Assembly: GCA_050331735.1 (NCBI GenBank)
Contig: JBHJGN010000031.1
Coordinates: 64,001-128,000, forward strand
DNA length: 64,000 bases
Direction of reading: 5' to 3'
Origin: Cyanophyceae cyanobacterium
GTDB taxonomy: Bacteria; Cyanobacteriota; Cyanobacteriia; Cyanobacteriales; JBHJGN01
The translations under genes were made by a program, and so were the position numbers. The notes beneath the pieces were generated by a model, which had not been told where the DNA came from, searched no databases, and saw only the letters and a list, made by a program, of their open reading frames with translations. Positions within the stretch are counted from its first letter, which is position 1; each line of letters starts with the position of its first letter. Positions 1 to 10,413 of the stretch are shown in pieces.

Positions 1-408
1 AACAACCCGGCGAAACGAAACTCGTCGCTCGAGCTGCTGAGCAATGTACTCGGCGATTAGGGCAGCATCTGCATCAACCTGCGAGACTTCAATCACGTTA
101 ATCCGAATCTGGCGGTTGCCTCCTAGGGCTTCTTGCAGTCCGGTTCGTAGTGATTCAATGCCGCTGCCGCCGCGACCAACGACGACTCCCGGTCGAGCGG
201 TATGGATTTCGAGATCGACCTGATCGGCTTTTCGCTCGATCTGAATTCGAGAAATACCGGCATTGCTCAGGTTCTTCTCGATGTACTGACGAATAAAATA
301 GTCTTCTTGTAAGAGCTCTGGATAGCGTTTGCTATCAGCATACCAGCGAGATTGATGCTCTTTAGTAATTCCCAAGCGGAACCCGATTGGATGGATTTTT
401 TGTCCCAC
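1..408 (-). CDS. rpsC: 30S ribosomal protein S3 (N-terminal part, runs off window)
   Basis: Minus strand from GTG at 408 reads (M)[35 protein letters not shown]...; follows rplV as in the S10 operon. Confidence 0.97.
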   Translation of the reverse strand, partial: MGQKIHPIGFRLGITKEHQSRWYADSKRYPELLQEDYFIRQYIEKNLSNAGISRIQIERKADQVDLEIHTARPGVVVGRGGSGIESLRTGLQEALGGNRQIRINVIEVSQVDADAALIAEYIAQQLERRVSFRRVV

Positions 409-460
409 AAATTTTTCCTCTAGCAAGCGTGCTGTGTCTACAATTGACTGTCAGTTGCAA

Positions 461-823
461 TCAAGCTTCCGGTGTCTCAGGAGCAACAGCAACGGTAATA
501 TGACAGGTTGGTTTACGAATTTGATAAGCTCGGCCTTGGGCTCTAGGTCGGTAGCGCTTCAGGGTTGGGCCGCCGTCGGCATAAGCCTGACTAACGACGA
601 GCTCAGCAGGATTAAGACCCGCGTTGTGTTCGGCATTAGCGGCTGCCGACCGCAACACTTTCAAAACCGGACCGCAGGCTCGGTAAGGCATAAACTCGAG
701 AACAATTAAAGCTTCTCGGTAAGTACGACCGCGAATCTGGTCTAAGACGCGCCGGACTTTAAACGGTGACATCCGCACGTAGCGAGCCACCGCTTTCACC
801 TGTGCTGAAGTATCTACTACCAT
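461..823 (-). CDS. rplV: 50S ribosomal protein L22
   Basis: [32 protein letters not shown]...[20 protein letters not shown]; likely start ATG at 823, not the ORF-track start. Confidence 0.97.
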   Translation of the reverse strand: MVVDTSAQVKAVARYVRMSPFKVRRVLDQIRGRTYREALIVLEFMPYRACGPVLKVLRSAAANAEHNAGLNPAELVVSQAYADGGPTLKRYRPRAQGRAYQIRKPTCHITVAVAPETPEA

Positions 824-860
824 AAGTTTCTCCGAATTTGATCGTAAATAACTGCCGTGA

Positions 861-1142
861 CTATCTCCGACCGGCTTTTTTATCACCTTTGGCGTGCCCT
901 TTAAAAGTGCGAGTCGGGGCAAATTCTCCCAGTTTGTGGCCAACCATTTGCTCAGAGACAAAGACCGGGACGTGTTGACGACCATTGTGAACGGCGATAG
1001 TATGCCCAACCATCTGAGGCAAGACTGTCGAAGCTCTCGACCAGGTTTTAATGACCTGCTTCTCTCCTTTAGAGTTGAGCTTTTCAATTTTTGACAGTAG
1101 GCTATCGGCGACAAACGGACCTTTTTTTAATGAACGACCCAT
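861..1142 (-). CDS. rpsS: 30S ribosomal protein S19
   Basis: [11 protein letters not shown]...[29 protein letters not shown]...[11 protein letters not shown]. Confidence 0.98.
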   Translation of the reverse strand: MGRSLKKGPFVADSLLSKIEKLNSKGEKQVIKTWSRASTVLPQMVGHTIAVHNGRQHVPVFVSEQMVGHKLGEFAPTRTFKGHAKGDKKAGRR

Positions 1143-1179
1143 AGTATTTGCGATATATAAGTAATAACGACTACTAAAG

Positions 1180-2025
1180 CTAATCTTTTCCTTTCCCGGT
1201 ACGCCGACGGCGAACGATCAGAGCATTACTGCGCTTTTTCGCTTTGCGGGTTTTAGCTCCCAGGGCTGGTTTCCCCCAGGGGGAAACGGGCCCTGATCTG
1301 CCGATAGGCGCTCTGCCCTCACCACCGCCGTGGGGATGGTCTACCGGGTTCATCGCACTGCCTCTCACTTTGGGCCGCCGACCGAGGTGACGAGAACGAC
1401 CCGCTTTACCAAGGCTCAGGTTTCTGTCGTCAGGATTGCCTACTCGACCGATGGTGGCGTAGCATTCCTTGCGCACCATTCGCACTTCTTTAGAGGGAAG
1501 CCGTAACGTGATATAGTTTCCTTCTTTAGCGACAACCTGGGCAGACGTTCCGGCCCCGCGAACAATCTGTCCGCCTCGACCGGGATTAAGTTCTACATTG
1601 TGAACCTCAGTTCCCAGAGGGATACGACTCAAGGGGAGGGCGTTCCCGACCTCAAAGGGGGCATCGTGGCCAGCAATAATAGTTGCTCCGACTTCAATTC
1701 CTAGTGGGGCCAAGATGTAGCGCTTTTCTCCGTCTTGATAAAAGACGAGAGCAATGCGGGCATTCCGGTTAGGATCGTACTCGATCGCCTCTACCTTGGC
1801 TGGAATGTTGCGCTTGTCGCGACGGAAGTCAATAGTGCGATAGCGTTTTTTGTGTCCGCCTCCCCGGCGGCGTGAGGTGATCACACCGCGATTGTTGCGT
1901 CCCTTTGCGCTATGTTTGAACTTAGTAAGGGACTTTTCAGGAGTTGATTTTGTAATCTCGGAGAAGTCTGATGTTGTTGCCTGGCGAGTGCCTGGTGTAT
2001 ATGGTCGATAGGAGCGGGTACCCAT
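1180..2025 (-). CDS. rplB: 50S ribosomal protein L2
   Basis: [22 protein letters not shown] and [17 protein letters not shown] motifs. Confidence 0.99.
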   Translation of the reverse strand: MGTRSYRPYTPGTRQATTSDFSEITKSTPEKSLTKFKHSAKGRNNRGVITSRRRGGGHKKRYRTIDFRRDKRNIPAKVEAIEYDPNRNARIALVFYQDGEKRYILAPLGIEVGATIIAGHDAPFEVGNALPLSRIPLGTEVHNVELNPGRGGQIVRGAGTSAQVVAKEGNYITLRLPSKEVRMVRKECYATIGRVGNPDDRNLSLGKAGRSRHLGRRPKVRGSAMNPVDHPHGGGEGRAPIGRSGPVSPWGKPALGAKTRKAKKRSNALIVRRRRTGKGKD

Positions 2026-2078
2026 AGCTGATCGAGAGTAAAGGACAGATATTCAAAAGGCGATCGCGCTTGTGATGC

Positions 2079-2381
2079 TTAAACCTCGGGGAAGAGCGCA
2101 ATAGAATCTCCGGCTTGCAGAGTGACAATCGCTCTTTTATAGAGGGGCTTATAGCCAACAAATCTTCCTAGTCTTTTCTGCTTGCGTGGCGGACGGATCG
2201 TGTTGACTTTGATCACCGTCACGTCAAAGAGGCTTTCGATGGCAGCCTTGATCTGTGGCTTGGTCGCTTTCGGCAGCACATCAAACACGTACTTGTTCTG
2301 CTCGAGGAGCAAAGTCGCTTTTTCCGTGACCACGGGCTGTCGGACGAGATCCGCTAGGGTGCGAGGGTCATATTTATTCAC
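2079..2381 (-). CDS. rplW: 50S ribosomal protein L23
   Basis: PVVTEKAT...KYVFDV...[16 protein letters not shown]...KRAIVTL; GTG start at 2381 overlaps the rplD stop. Confidence 0.96.
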   Translation of the reverse strand: MNKYDPRTLADLVRQPVVTEKATLLLEQNKYVFDVLPKATKPQIKAAIESLFDVTVIKVNTIRPPRKQKRLGRFVGYKPLYKRAIVTLQAGDSIALFPEV

Positions 2382-3003
2382 CGTATACCTCCTGAATATG
2401 AGCGATCGCGTCCGTCGTAGCCACAATCTTATCGGCCAACAGCAGATCGTAAACGTTAATGTTGTTCGCTTTGATGATCTTCAAGTTGCTGATGTTGCGA
2501 GCCGAAAGATAAACATTGTCAACGATCTCTGGCAGAATCAATAGCACTTTGACATCCTCAACCCCCCATCGCCGGAGAGCTGAAACTAACTCCTTAGTCT
2601 TCGGTCTGGAGAGCTGTTGAGCAAAATCTTCGACGACAACCATATCTGCTGCTCGGGAGCTAAATGCGGTCCTGAGAGCCAATTGTCGCTCTTTGCGGTT
2701 CATTTTGATGTGGTACTCTTTCGGCTTCGGACCGAAAATAACTCCACCACCGCGCCACAGGGGAGAGCGAATTGAACCGGCGCGAGCTCGCCCGGTTCCT
2801 TTTTGCCGCCACGGTTTGCGACCGCCGCCTCGGACTTCGGCTCTCGTTTTAGTAGAGGCCGTACCCTGACGGGAGTTTGTGCGCTGCCGTACCAGAGCGC
2901 GATGCACAATATGAGCAGCATTTTTCTCTTTCGCTACTCGCAAGTTGAAAGAAGTTTTTCCAACCTCTTCTCCTTGCCAGTTTTTTACAACACAATTAAC
3001 CAT
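2374..3003 (-). CDS. rplD: 50S ribosomal protein L4
   Basis: [43 protein letters not shown]. Confidence 0.99.
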   Translation of the reverse strand: MVNCVVKNWQGEEVGKTSFNLRVAKEKNAAHIVHRALVRQRTNSRQGTASTKTRAEVRGGGRKPWRQKGTGRARAGSIRSPLWRGGGVIFGPKPKEYHIKMNRKERQLALRTAFSSRAADMVVVEDFAQQLSRPKTKELVSALRRWGVEDVKVLLILPEIVDNVYLSARNISNLKIIKANNINVYDLLLADKIVATTDAIAHIQEVYGE

Positions 3004-3070
3004 GTTCTCTGTCCTTAAGTGACATTCGGCAAACCAAGCACTTCAACCAGGGGGCTAACGAGCGACTGGC

Positions 3071-3709
3071 CTACTTTCCTACTTTGTTTGTAGGAGTAAT
3101 ATTGAGTAGGGTTCCGGGTTTACCAGGAACGGCCCCTTTGATGATGAGCAAGTTGCGCTCAGCATCGACGTTAACGACAGTGAGCTTGCGAATCGTTACT
3201 TTTGTGTTGCCGTACTGACCCGCCATTCTTTTCCCAGGATAGACACGACCTGGAGTCGTCCCTGCTCCTGTCGAACCAGGCAGGCGGTGGTTTTTAGAGC
3301 CGTGGGACATCGAGCCACGCTTGAAATTATGGCGCTTTTGATAACCAGCAAAGCCACGACCAATGCTGGTGCCAGAGACATCTACAATATCTCCAACACT
3401 AAACTGATCGACTTTAAGAGGTTGCCCCAGTTCAAATTGACTAGCGTCTTCAACGCGATACTCTTTAAGGTGACGCACCGGAGGCGAAGCAGATTTACCG
3501 AGATGACCCAGGAGGGGTTTGTTGAGGGCCTTCGGCTTGACCTCCTTGAAGCCAACCTGAATGGAGGTATAGCCGTCAGTTTCTTGGGTTTTGATTTGGG
3601 TAACGGGGCACGGACCAGCCTGAACGACCGTTACAGGAATGGCAATTCCTGATTCTTGATCGAAGATCTGGGTCATACCGAGTTTGGTACCGAGGATGCC
3701 TACAGACAC
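3071..3709 (-). CDS. rplC: 50S ribosomal protein L3
   Basis: [38 protein letters not shown]. Confidence 0.99.
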   Translation of the reverse strand: MSVGILGTKLGMTQIFDQESGIAIPVTVVQAGPCPVTQIKTQETDGYTSIQVGFKEVKPKALNKPLLGHLGKSASPPVRHLKEYRVEDASQFELGQPLKVDQFSVGDIVDVSGTSIGRGFAGYQKRHNFKRGSMSHGSKNHRLPGSTGAGTTPGRVYPGKRMAGQYGNTKVTIRKLTVVNVDAERNLLIIKGAVPGKPGTLLNITPTNKVGK

Positions 3710-4130
3710 GGGAGATACAGCCTCTACTTGCTTGACACAACATGAAAGGAGCTGGAACTAGCCAGACTCAAAAACGCTGAAGCGAGCGCTCGCTTCAGGA
3801 CTCCACACGACTGCTCCTAAACGAGGAAGGATAGATTCCCCGCTAGAACTTGTAAGAGTGGACGAGTTTATACAACCTACTACTAGTGGTTGACTGAAGT
3901 TGCCTGTTTCCTAAAGACTTGAAGATTTTTTCCTTCAGTATCTCTCGGGGGCAATGCTGACAAAAGCTAAGGCATGCCAGCAGTAACCAACGGAGCAAAG
4001 TACTGCCTGATACGGTCAACGATTTTGCACTGCTTTTGACTCAATAGTTATCGTCCTTACTAGACCGACTAGCCTTTTGCAGTTGCTGTTGACGGGAGAT
4101 CAATATGGTTCCGTATGGCCACAATCGTTT

Positions 4131-4159
4131 ACTATAAACTATTATTTGGCCAGGGTCAA
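4131..4159 (-). promoter_or_regulatory. sigma70-type promoter of the rplC operon
   Basis: Minus strand TTGACC (4159-4154) - 17 nt - TATAGT (4136-4131); implies a leader of about 410 nt. Confidence 0.65.
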
Positions 4160-4241
4160 GTCAATCAACAAAATATTTTCGATTAACTCGTTGAACTATA
4201 ATCATGACAGTAATTTTACTAATAAAAGTTTAACTAGATAT

Positions 4242-4715
4242 ATGGCGCTGATTACCACTGGTAAATCGTTTATTCGCGATTTAGAGAAGTCGGGGGCTTT
4301 AGGAGTCTATGTTCCTCTGGAAGGAGGCTTTGAGGGTCGCTACCAGCGGCGCTTACGGACAATGCACTACGCTACTTTTCATCTGAGCGCGAGGGGACTA
4401 GGAGATCCGGCTGCCTACTTAACAGGCTTGCATGGCATACGACCGCCTCATTTGGGCAAGAAGAACATTGGTCAAGATGCAGCAGTCGGTCCGATTTACT
4501 ATGTGCTCCCGATTGCTAGCTACCAGCTAGAGACGCTACCAGCCAACGCCAAGGGTTTAGTGTTGTGGATTATTGAAGGACACATTTTGTCTCGTGAGGA
4601 GAAAGAGTACTTAATTAATCTCCCGCAGCTAGAACCGCGAATTAAGGTGGTTTTAGAAGTGGGAGGCGATCGCCGTTTCCGCTGGCAGCCGTTGTCAGAA
4701 ACCCTCGCTTCTTAG
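4242..4715 (+). CDS. ndhN: NDH-1 complex subunit N
   Basis: MALITTGKSFIRDLEKSGALGVYVPLEGGFEGRYQRRLR...GIRPPHLGKK; divergent from rplC as typical in cyanobacteria. Confidence 0.95.
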   Translation: MALITTGKSFIRDLEKSGALGVYVPLEGGFEGRYQRRLRTMHYATFHLSARGLGDPAAYLTGLHGIRPPHLGKKNIGQDAAVGPIYYVLPIASYQLETLPANAKGLVLWIIEGHILSREEKEYLINLPQLEPRIKVVLEVGGDRRFRWQPLSETLAS

Positions 4716-4838
4716 TTGGTCCAAGAAACTCTGCTGGTGAGCATCGTCTGTCATCAGCTCGGGGGATTGGAAGGGATAGTTGCCCAAAAAAGATGAAATT
4801 GTGTTAATGTTATACATGCTAGAGAAATACGCTTAGCT

Positions 4839-4909
4839 GCGGGTGTAGTTTAGTGGTAAAACCTCAGCCTTCCAAGCTGATGATGGGGGTTCGATTCCCC
4901 CTACCCGCT
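4839..4909 (+). tRNA. tRNA-Gly (anticodon TCC)
   Basis: Acceptor GCGGGTG/TACCCGC, D-arm AGTTTAGTGGTAAAAC, anticodon arm TCAGC-CTTCCAA-GCTGA, T-arm GGGGG-TTCGATT-CCCCC; CCA not encoded. Confidence 0.96.
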
Positions 4910-4946
4910 TTCTGTACATAATAAATTTCAAAGATATTGGTGGAGT

Positions 4947-6164
4947 TTAGTTTGGCTCTACGACCGACAAAACGGCTTTTGGTGACAGCTTATCCTTAAA
5001 CCAGATAACCTGAGCGGGCACATCTGTGCTTCTGACCCCGGCTTTGGCTAAATTCAGTCGTTCAGAAATCGCCAAAATAAGATTGTCTGCTTCAGCACGC
5101 CGGACCTGAGAAAACTTCTTTTGCAGATATTCCGGTCGCCAGTAGCCCACAATTTCTAGCAAAAAGTCTCGCCCGTCGGGATGCACGAGGCGAAAGTCTG
5201 GAATCATCACGCTCCCGGGAAGCGGCACTAAATCGACCTCTCGTTCTAAGCGCCACTCGGTTTTCAGGCTCGACCACCGCTGAGCAAACGAAGCCTCCAG
5301 CATACTATCGTAGGGTTTGCCGGGGGGATAGTGACTGACCAAATCACAGTGATCGCTGAGCCTGAAGTATCCTGTTCTGATCTCTTTGCTGTAGGAATCG
5401 CGGTTGTGCAATCGTGCGGTTAGACTCCATTTGCTGACATGCAGCAAGGCCGGAATCATTTTTGCCAAGGACAAGCCATAGCGAGTGCTAGGCTTAAACA
5501 AACTGGCCGGACCGTCTAACGTAATTGTAAATCCGGTATCGGCATCTCCTTCAATGTAAGCCATCAAGCTAAACAGCTTCAGATAGCGAAACAGCAGCTT
5601 ATACTCGCCAGGATCGTTGCGATGAGCATTAATAATGATTTCGCTGGCTCGATAAAAAATTCCCTGAACCTGCGCCAGGTTATAGCGGTGGAGCAGCGCT
5701 TCTGGGGTTGGTGGCTCAAACTGAGTCAGCAGGCGATTCTCTGGCAGATCGGCATACAAACCTGTTTCAATTTCGTTAGGGAGGACTTCTCGGTTAAGCT
5801 CGTGGGTGAGGCTGCTTGCTAACGCCTCTAAAATCTGAGAACGATGAGCCGGAACAGGAATGCTGCGATTAGCTTGGGCAAATACGCGCTGTCTGAGCAG
5901 GAGTGGTTCTAGGGGACTGACAATTTCAAAAGTAGAAAAGCTACTTTTCAACAGATGAGCCAGTCCCCTCTTAATACGGTAGTTTGGACTGTCCCCTTCG
6001 AGGGCCAACAGTTTTTTGTTAAGTTCTTTCTGAGGACTTCCCAGACAGTCTTGAAAGCAGTTAATCTGTTCAGTAGCAAGGGCCAGGTTTTGCTCGATGG
6101 ATAATCGTTTAGGGACAATGGTTTCACCATTGTGTCGGTGAATGAGCAAATTGCTAGGAAGCAT
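4947..6164 (-). CDS. DUF790 family putative PD-(D/E)XK nuclease (Bax1-like)
   Basis: LYADL, RYNLAQVQG, DGPASLF..STRYG, YDSMLE, IPDF...LEIVGYWRPEYL. Confidence 0.85.
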   Translation of the reverse strand: MLPSNLLIHRHNGETIVPKRLSIEQNLALATEQINCFQDCLGSPQKELNKKLLALEGDSPNYRIKRGLAHLLKSSFSTFEIVSPLEPLLLRQRVFAQANRSIPVPAHRSQILEALASSLTHELNREVLPNEIETGLYADLPENRLLTQFEPPTPEALLHRYNLAQVQGIFYRASEIIINAHRNDPGEYKLLFRYLKLFSLMAYIEGDADTGFTITLDGPASLFKPSTRYGLSLAKMIPALLHVSKWSLTARLHNRDSYSKEIRTGYFRLSDHCDLVSHYPPGKPYDSMLEASFAQRWSSLKTEWRLEREVDLVPLPGSVMIPDFRLVHPDGRDFLLEIVGYWRPEYLQKKFSQVRRAEADNLILAISERLNLAKAGVRSTDVPAQVIWFKDKLSPKAVLSVVEPN

Positions 6165-6211
6165 GTGGGGAAATATTAGCGAGCGACGTACTGCAATTAA
6201 CGGAAGAATTC

Positions 6212-7060
6212 ATGCTTAATCATACCGTCTATAGACCGCTAGAGTGCCGCCCTGATAGTTATCAAGGGTGGTATCAACAGGGAAATTTACTGCGGGAACG
6301 ACAGCAGTATGATGAGGCTCTATTCAGCTACGAAAAGGCTCTAGAATATTATCCGAACGACTACTGGGCTTGGTATTGGCGAGGCAAAGTCCTCGAAGCT
6401 CTCGGAGAGCTTAACGAAGCGACTCATAGCTATGCTAACGCTGCCAAGCTTCAGCCAGAGAATTACTGGGCGTGGTACGACCAGGGGTGCTTGTGGAGCA
6501 TTCAGTCGCAGTACGAGCGGGCAATCGCCTGTTTTGAACGAGCTTTACGATGCCATCCTCGCGATTACTGGTGTTTCTATCGCCAAGGAGAAGCATGGCG
6601 GTTCTTAGGGAAGTATGACCGGGCCATTGACTGTTTTGACGAGGCTCTTGCGGTGAGAGACAGAGACTACTGGGCGTGGTATCGTCGGGGTGATAGCCTC
6701 AGACTCAGCGGACAACTAGAAGCGGCTTTAGAAAACTATCAGCAAGCCTTGTCCACCAAACCGGGTGACTATTGGGCTTGGTTTGAGCAAGGGGAAATCC
6801 TTCAGCAAACAGAACAGTGTTCTCAAGCTATTCACTGTTATCAGCAAGCGCTTCTGGCTGCACCAGAAGATGACTGTGCCCGGTATGCTTTAGCGTGCTG
6901 CTATGCTCAATTGAATGAGAGCGAAGAGGCCATGAATAGTTTAGAGTTGATCGCAGCTCCTCACTACTTAGAACTAGCTCAATCCGAGTCTGCCTTCGTT
7001 TATCTGCACCAACATCAGCGGTTTCACAATTGGCTCTCTAGTCAAGAACTGGCGAGTTGA
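6212..7060 (+). CDS. Tetratricopeptide repeat protein
   Basis: About six 34-aa repeats of type DYWAWY.RG..L..LG....A...Y..AL. Confidence 0.9.
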   Translation: MLNHTVYRPLECRPDSYQGWYQQGNLLRERQQYDEALFSYEKALEYYPNDYWAWYWRGKVLEALGELNEATHSYANAAKLQPENYWAWYDQGCLWSIQSQYERAIACFERALRCHPRDYWCFYRQGEAWRFLGKYDRAIDCFDEALAVRDRDYWAWYRRGDSLRLSGQLEAALENYQQALSTKPGDYWAWFEQGEILQQTEQCSQAIHCYQQALLAAPEDDCARYALACCYAQLNESEEAMNSLELIAAPHYLELAQSESAFVYLHQHQRFHNWLSSQELAS

Positions 7061-7083
7061 AGCAGATTAGTTGAGCGCTCGTG

Positions 7084-7236
7084 ATGCCAATTACCACCAG
7101 GCGCTTTTCACTCCCTGAATATCATCGTCTCGTTGAGTCAGGGGTTCTCAGCGAAGATGAGCGCGTCGAGTTAATTCGCGGAGAACTCGTAGAGATGGCG
7201 GCAAAAGGAACTCGTCATTCTGGCCGAACTCCCAAT
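7084..7236 (+). pseudogene. Truncated Uma2-family endonuclease (N-terminal fragment)
   Basis: MPITTRRFSLPEYHRLVESGVLSEDERVELIRGELVEMAAKGTRHS matches the N-terminus of the intact copy at 48912, then the frame runs into the sufR antisense strand. Confidence 0.75.
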
Positions 7237-7890
7237 CTATTTTGTTTGGATCAGGTAGCCGCAGCGATGCTCGCCGTTGTTGAGCCAGTGGGTGCGTTCT
7301 ACGGTGCAGTCGGGGAGCACATCGGCAAACATTTCCAGTTCGTGACCGCAAACGCTTGGATAGGATTCGGCCACTTCAGAAATAGCACAGTTGTGTTCTG
7401 CGAGGATATAGTTTTCTTTGGTACTGTTTGTCTGAGAGGGAATATACAGCTCTGCCATATAGCCTTCTTCCTGACGCAGCTTGACCAGCTTGGCTACTCG
7501 CTCTTTAAGTAATCCAGAACCGATGCGATCGCGGTAAACTTTCGCTTTACGTTGCCACTGCTTGCGTAAGACTTGCCCGAACTGTTCTTCTCCGACCGTC
7601 TCTACTAAAGTATCGAAAAAAGAGACGGTAAATTCTCCGTAGCGCTGCGGAAAGCGATGGCGCCCCTCACGGCTAAGCTGATAGACGTTCTGCGGTCTGC
7701 CCATGCCCTGCTGGATTGACCGATATTCTACTAACTTCTCAGCTTCTAAATCTTTGAGATGCCGACGCACTGCTTGAGGACTGATTCCTAAACTATCGGC
7801 AAGCTGCTGCGCCGTTGCTTGACGCTTGAGTAAATGCTGTAGAATGTCGTCTTTAGTATTCGTAGTAGAGGTAGAGTGAGTGCTAGTCAT
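7237..7890 (-). CDS. sufR: Iron-sulfur cluster biosynthesis transcriptional regulator SufR
   Basis: HTH (LGISPQAVRRHLKDLE), GMGRPQ, C-terminal EHNCAI...CGHELEMF...HRCGY Fe-S ligands; divergent from sufB. Confidence 0.96.
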   Translation of the reverse strand: MTSTHSTSTTNTKDDILQHLLKRQATAQQLADSLGISPQAVRRHLKDLEAEKLVEYRSIQQGMGRPQNVYQLSREGRHRFPQRYGEFTVSFFDTLVETVGEEQFGQVLRKQWQRKAKVYRDRIGSGLLKERVAKLVKLRQEEGYMAELYIPSQTNSTKENYILAEHNCAISEVAESYPSVCGHELEMFADVLPDCTVERTHWLNNGEHRCGYLIQTK

Positions 7891-7940
7891 TTTGCTCAAT
7901 CGCTGGCCTTAAATCGCTTCAGCCTTTTGTGAAGCTTTGA

Positions 7941-8002
7941 CAACAATCTGGTTGTTAATCTATTCTAATCTAAGATAGAATTAAACAACAAATTTGTTGT
8001 TT
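7941..8002. promoter_or_regulatory. Two SufR operators (CAAC-N6-GTTG)
   Basis: CAACaatctgGTTG at 7941-7954 and CAACaaatttGTTG at 7986-7999, the latter inside a perfect 20-bp palindrome at 7983-8002; located between sufR and sufB. Confidence 0.85.
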
Positions 8003-8089
8003 TAATTGGCAGCTCAGCTAAGCGCTGCTGTAGCGATCGCCATCTCCTCCCCGATTTAGACAAATATATTAACCGTTAAGAGCTAACTA

Positions 8090-9532
8090 ATGAGTGCCAC
8101 TTCAGTCAAAAATCTAGTCAATCAGCCCTACAAGTACGGTTTCGTCACTGATATTGAGGCAGATACCCTGCCGCGTGGTTTGAGTGAAGACATCATTCGC
8201 TTAATTTCTGCCAAGAAGAATGAACCGGAATTTATGCTTCAGTTCCGCCTCAAAGCCTATCGGCAGTGGCAGAAAATGACTGAGCCGACTTGGCCTCACG
8301 TTACCTACGCTCCTATAGATTATCAGCAAATCGTTTACTACTCAGCACCAAAGCAGAAGAAAGCCAAGCTAGATAGCTTAGAAGAAGTCGATCCGGCCCT
8401 ATTAGAAACCTTCGAGAAGCTTGGCATTCCTCTCTCTGAGCAGAAGCGACTCTCCAACGTTGCCGTTGATGCCATTTTCGATAGCGTCTCCGTCGCCACC
8501 ACCTTTAAAGAGAAGCTTGCCGAAGAGGGAGTGGTATTTTGCTCGATCTCAGAAGCGGTTCAGGAACACCCGGAACTGGTAGAAAAGTATATTGGCTCCG
8601 TCGTTCCCGTTGGCGACAACTACTTTGCAGCCCTCAACTCGGCGGTGTTTAGCGATGGCTCCTTTGTGTACGTTCCCAAAGGCGTTCAATGTCCGATGGA
8701 GCTGTCGAGCTACTTCCGCATCAACTCCGGCGATACTGGGCAGTTCGAGCGCACGTTAATTATTGCCGAAGAAAGCGCATCCGTGAGCTACCTCGAAGGC
8801 TGTACGGCTCCGATGTACGATACCAACCAGCTTCATGCAGCGGTGGTAGAGCTGGTGGCTCTTGACAACGCCGACATTAAGTACTCAACGGTACAAAACT
8901 GGTACGCCGGAAATGAAGAGGGCAAAGGCGGCATCTACAACTTTGTCACTAAGCGCGGGTTGTGTAAAGGAATCAATTCCAAGATTTCCTGGACGCAGGT
9001 AGAAACAGGCTCTGCCATTACCTGGAAATACCCAAGCTGTGTGTTAGCTGGAGATAACTCCGTGGGAGAATTCTACTCCATTGCGCTTACTAATCATAGG
9101 CAGCAAGCCGACACCGGCACCAAAATGGTTCACATCGGCAAGAACACCCGCAGCACGATTATTTCTAAGGGAATTTCTGCTGGGAAATCGAAAAACAGCT
9201 ACCGAGGCTTGGTTAAGATGGGACCGAAAGCCCAAGGAGCGAGGAACTATTCCCAGTGCGACTCGATGCTGTTGGGAGACAACGCCGAAGCTAACACCTA
9301 CCCCTACATTCAGGTAGAGAACAACACGGCCAAAGTCGAGCACGAAGCCTCCACCTCCAAGATTGGGGAGGATCAACTATTTTATTTTGCCCAGCGCGGC
9401 ATCTCTGAGGAAAACGCCGTCTCTATGCTAGTAGCGGGCTTTTGCAAGGATGTCCTCAACGAGCTACCCATGGAGTTTGCTGCTGAAGCCGATAAGCTAT
9501 TAAGTCTTAAGCTAGAAGGAACCGTCGGCTAA
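8090..9532 (+). CDS. sufB: Fe-S cluster assembly protein SufB
   Basis: [45 protein letters not shown]. Confidence 0.98.
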   Translation: MSATSVKNLVNQPYKYGFVTDIEADTLPRGLSEDIIRLISAKKNEPEFMLQFRLKAYRQWQKMTEPTWPHVTYAPIDYQQIVYYSAPKQKKAKLDSLEEVDPALLETFEKLGIPLSEQKRLSNVAVDAIFDSVSVATTFKEKLAEEGVVFCSISEAVQEHPELVEKYIGSVVPVGDNYFAALNSAVFSDGSFVYVPKGVQCPMELSSYFRINSGDTGQFERTLIIAEESASVSYLEGCTAPMYDTNQLHAAVVELVALDNADIKYSTVQNWYAGNEEGKGGIYNFVTKRGLCKGINSKISWTQVETGSAITWKYPSCVLAGDNSVGEFYSIALTNHRQQADTGTKMVHIGKNTRSTIISKGISAGKSKNSYRGLVKMGPKAQGARNYSQCDSMLLGDNAEANTYPYIQVENNTAKVEHEASTSKIGEDQLFYFAQRGISEENAVSMLVAGFCKDVLNELPMEFAAEADKLLSLKLEGTVG

Positions 9533-9544
9533 AACAATTAACAC

Positions 9545-9583
9545 TCAACAATGAACCGTAATTCGATAACTGTTCATTGTTGA
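9545..9583. repeat. Perfect 12-bp inverted repeat within heptamer-like repeats between sufB and sufC
   Basis: TCAACAATGAAC (9545-9556) / GTTCATTGTTGA (9572-9583). Confidence 0.7.
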
Positions 9584-9627
9584 TTGCTAATTGATCAATA
9601 ATCTATTTTCAATGCATAGACCATCAA

Positions 9628-10413
9628 ATGATTCAAGAAAAGAGCCAAGTTATTTTGTCTGTTCGTAATTTGACGGCAACCGTTGAAGGACAGCCAATTT
9701 TAAAGGGTGTGAACCTAGAAGTCAAAGCGGGAGAAATTCACGCCATTATGGGGCGTAATGGTTCTGGCAAGAGTACCTTTTCCAAAATCTTAGCCGGACA
9801 CCCAAGTTACGAAGTGACTGGGGGAGAAATTGTCTATCAGGGGGAGAACATTCTAGCAAAAGAGCCGGACGAACGCGCCTTAGAAGGCATGTTTTTAGCA
9901 TTTCAGTACCCAATCGAAATTCCCGGTGTGAGCAATCTAGAGTTTCTGCGAACAGCCTACAACGCTCGTCGCCAGCACCAGGGACTAGAGGAAATGGATG
10001 CGTTTGATTTTGAAGACTTAGTGGCAGACAAGCTGGACGTTGTGAAAATGAATCCCAGTTTTCTAGAGCGCAGCCTCAATGAAGGGTTTTCCGGTGGCGA
10101 GAAAAAGCGCAACGAAATCTTGCAGATGGCTCTGCTGGAGCCGACATTAGCAATTCTAGATGAAACGGATTCTGGCTTAGATATTGACGCGCTTAAAATT
10201 GTTGCGGGCGGAGTGAATCAATTAACGACAGCCGACAACGCCACGATTCTGATAACGCACTACCAGCGCTTGCTGAACTATATAGAGCCAGACTTCGTTC
10301 ACGTGATGCAGGACGGACGTATTGCTACTAGTGGTGGTAAAGAACTCGCGCTAGAGTTGGAGAATCGAGGCTACGAATTTTTAGATGAAATTTCGGAGGT
10401 GGGCGTATCGTGA
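9628..10413 (+). CDS. sufC: Fe-S cluster assembly ATPase SufC
   Basis: Walker [36 protein letters not shown]. Confidence 0.98.
   Translation: MIQEKSQVILSVRNLTATVEGQPILKGVNLEVKAGEIHAIMGRNGSGKSTFSKILAGHPSYEVTGGEIVYQGENILAKEPDERALEGMFLAFQYPIEIPGVSNLEFLRTAYNARRQHQGLEEMDAFDFEDLVADKLDVVKMNPSFLERSLNEGFSGGEKKRNEILQMALLEPTLAILDETDSGLDIDALKIVAGGVNQLTTADNATILITHYQRLLNYIEPDFVHVMQDGRIATSGGKELALELENRGYEFLDEISEVGVS

Noticed and set aside
824..1114. N-terminal extension of L22 in the 217-aa ORF
   Set aside because: Overlaps rpsS in another frame; L22 similarity begins at the ATG at 823
3710..4240. Absence of rpsJ ahead of rplC
   Set aside because: Normal for cyanobacteria, where rpsJ follows tufA
4839..4946. 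tRNA-Gly as integration site of an island
   Set aside because: No integrase and no duplicated tRNA 3' end seen in the window; downstream genes are ordinary
7237..7512. Full 143-aa ORF 7081-7512 as a real protein
   Set aside because: Only the first ~50 codons are Uma2-like; the rest is antisense to sufR
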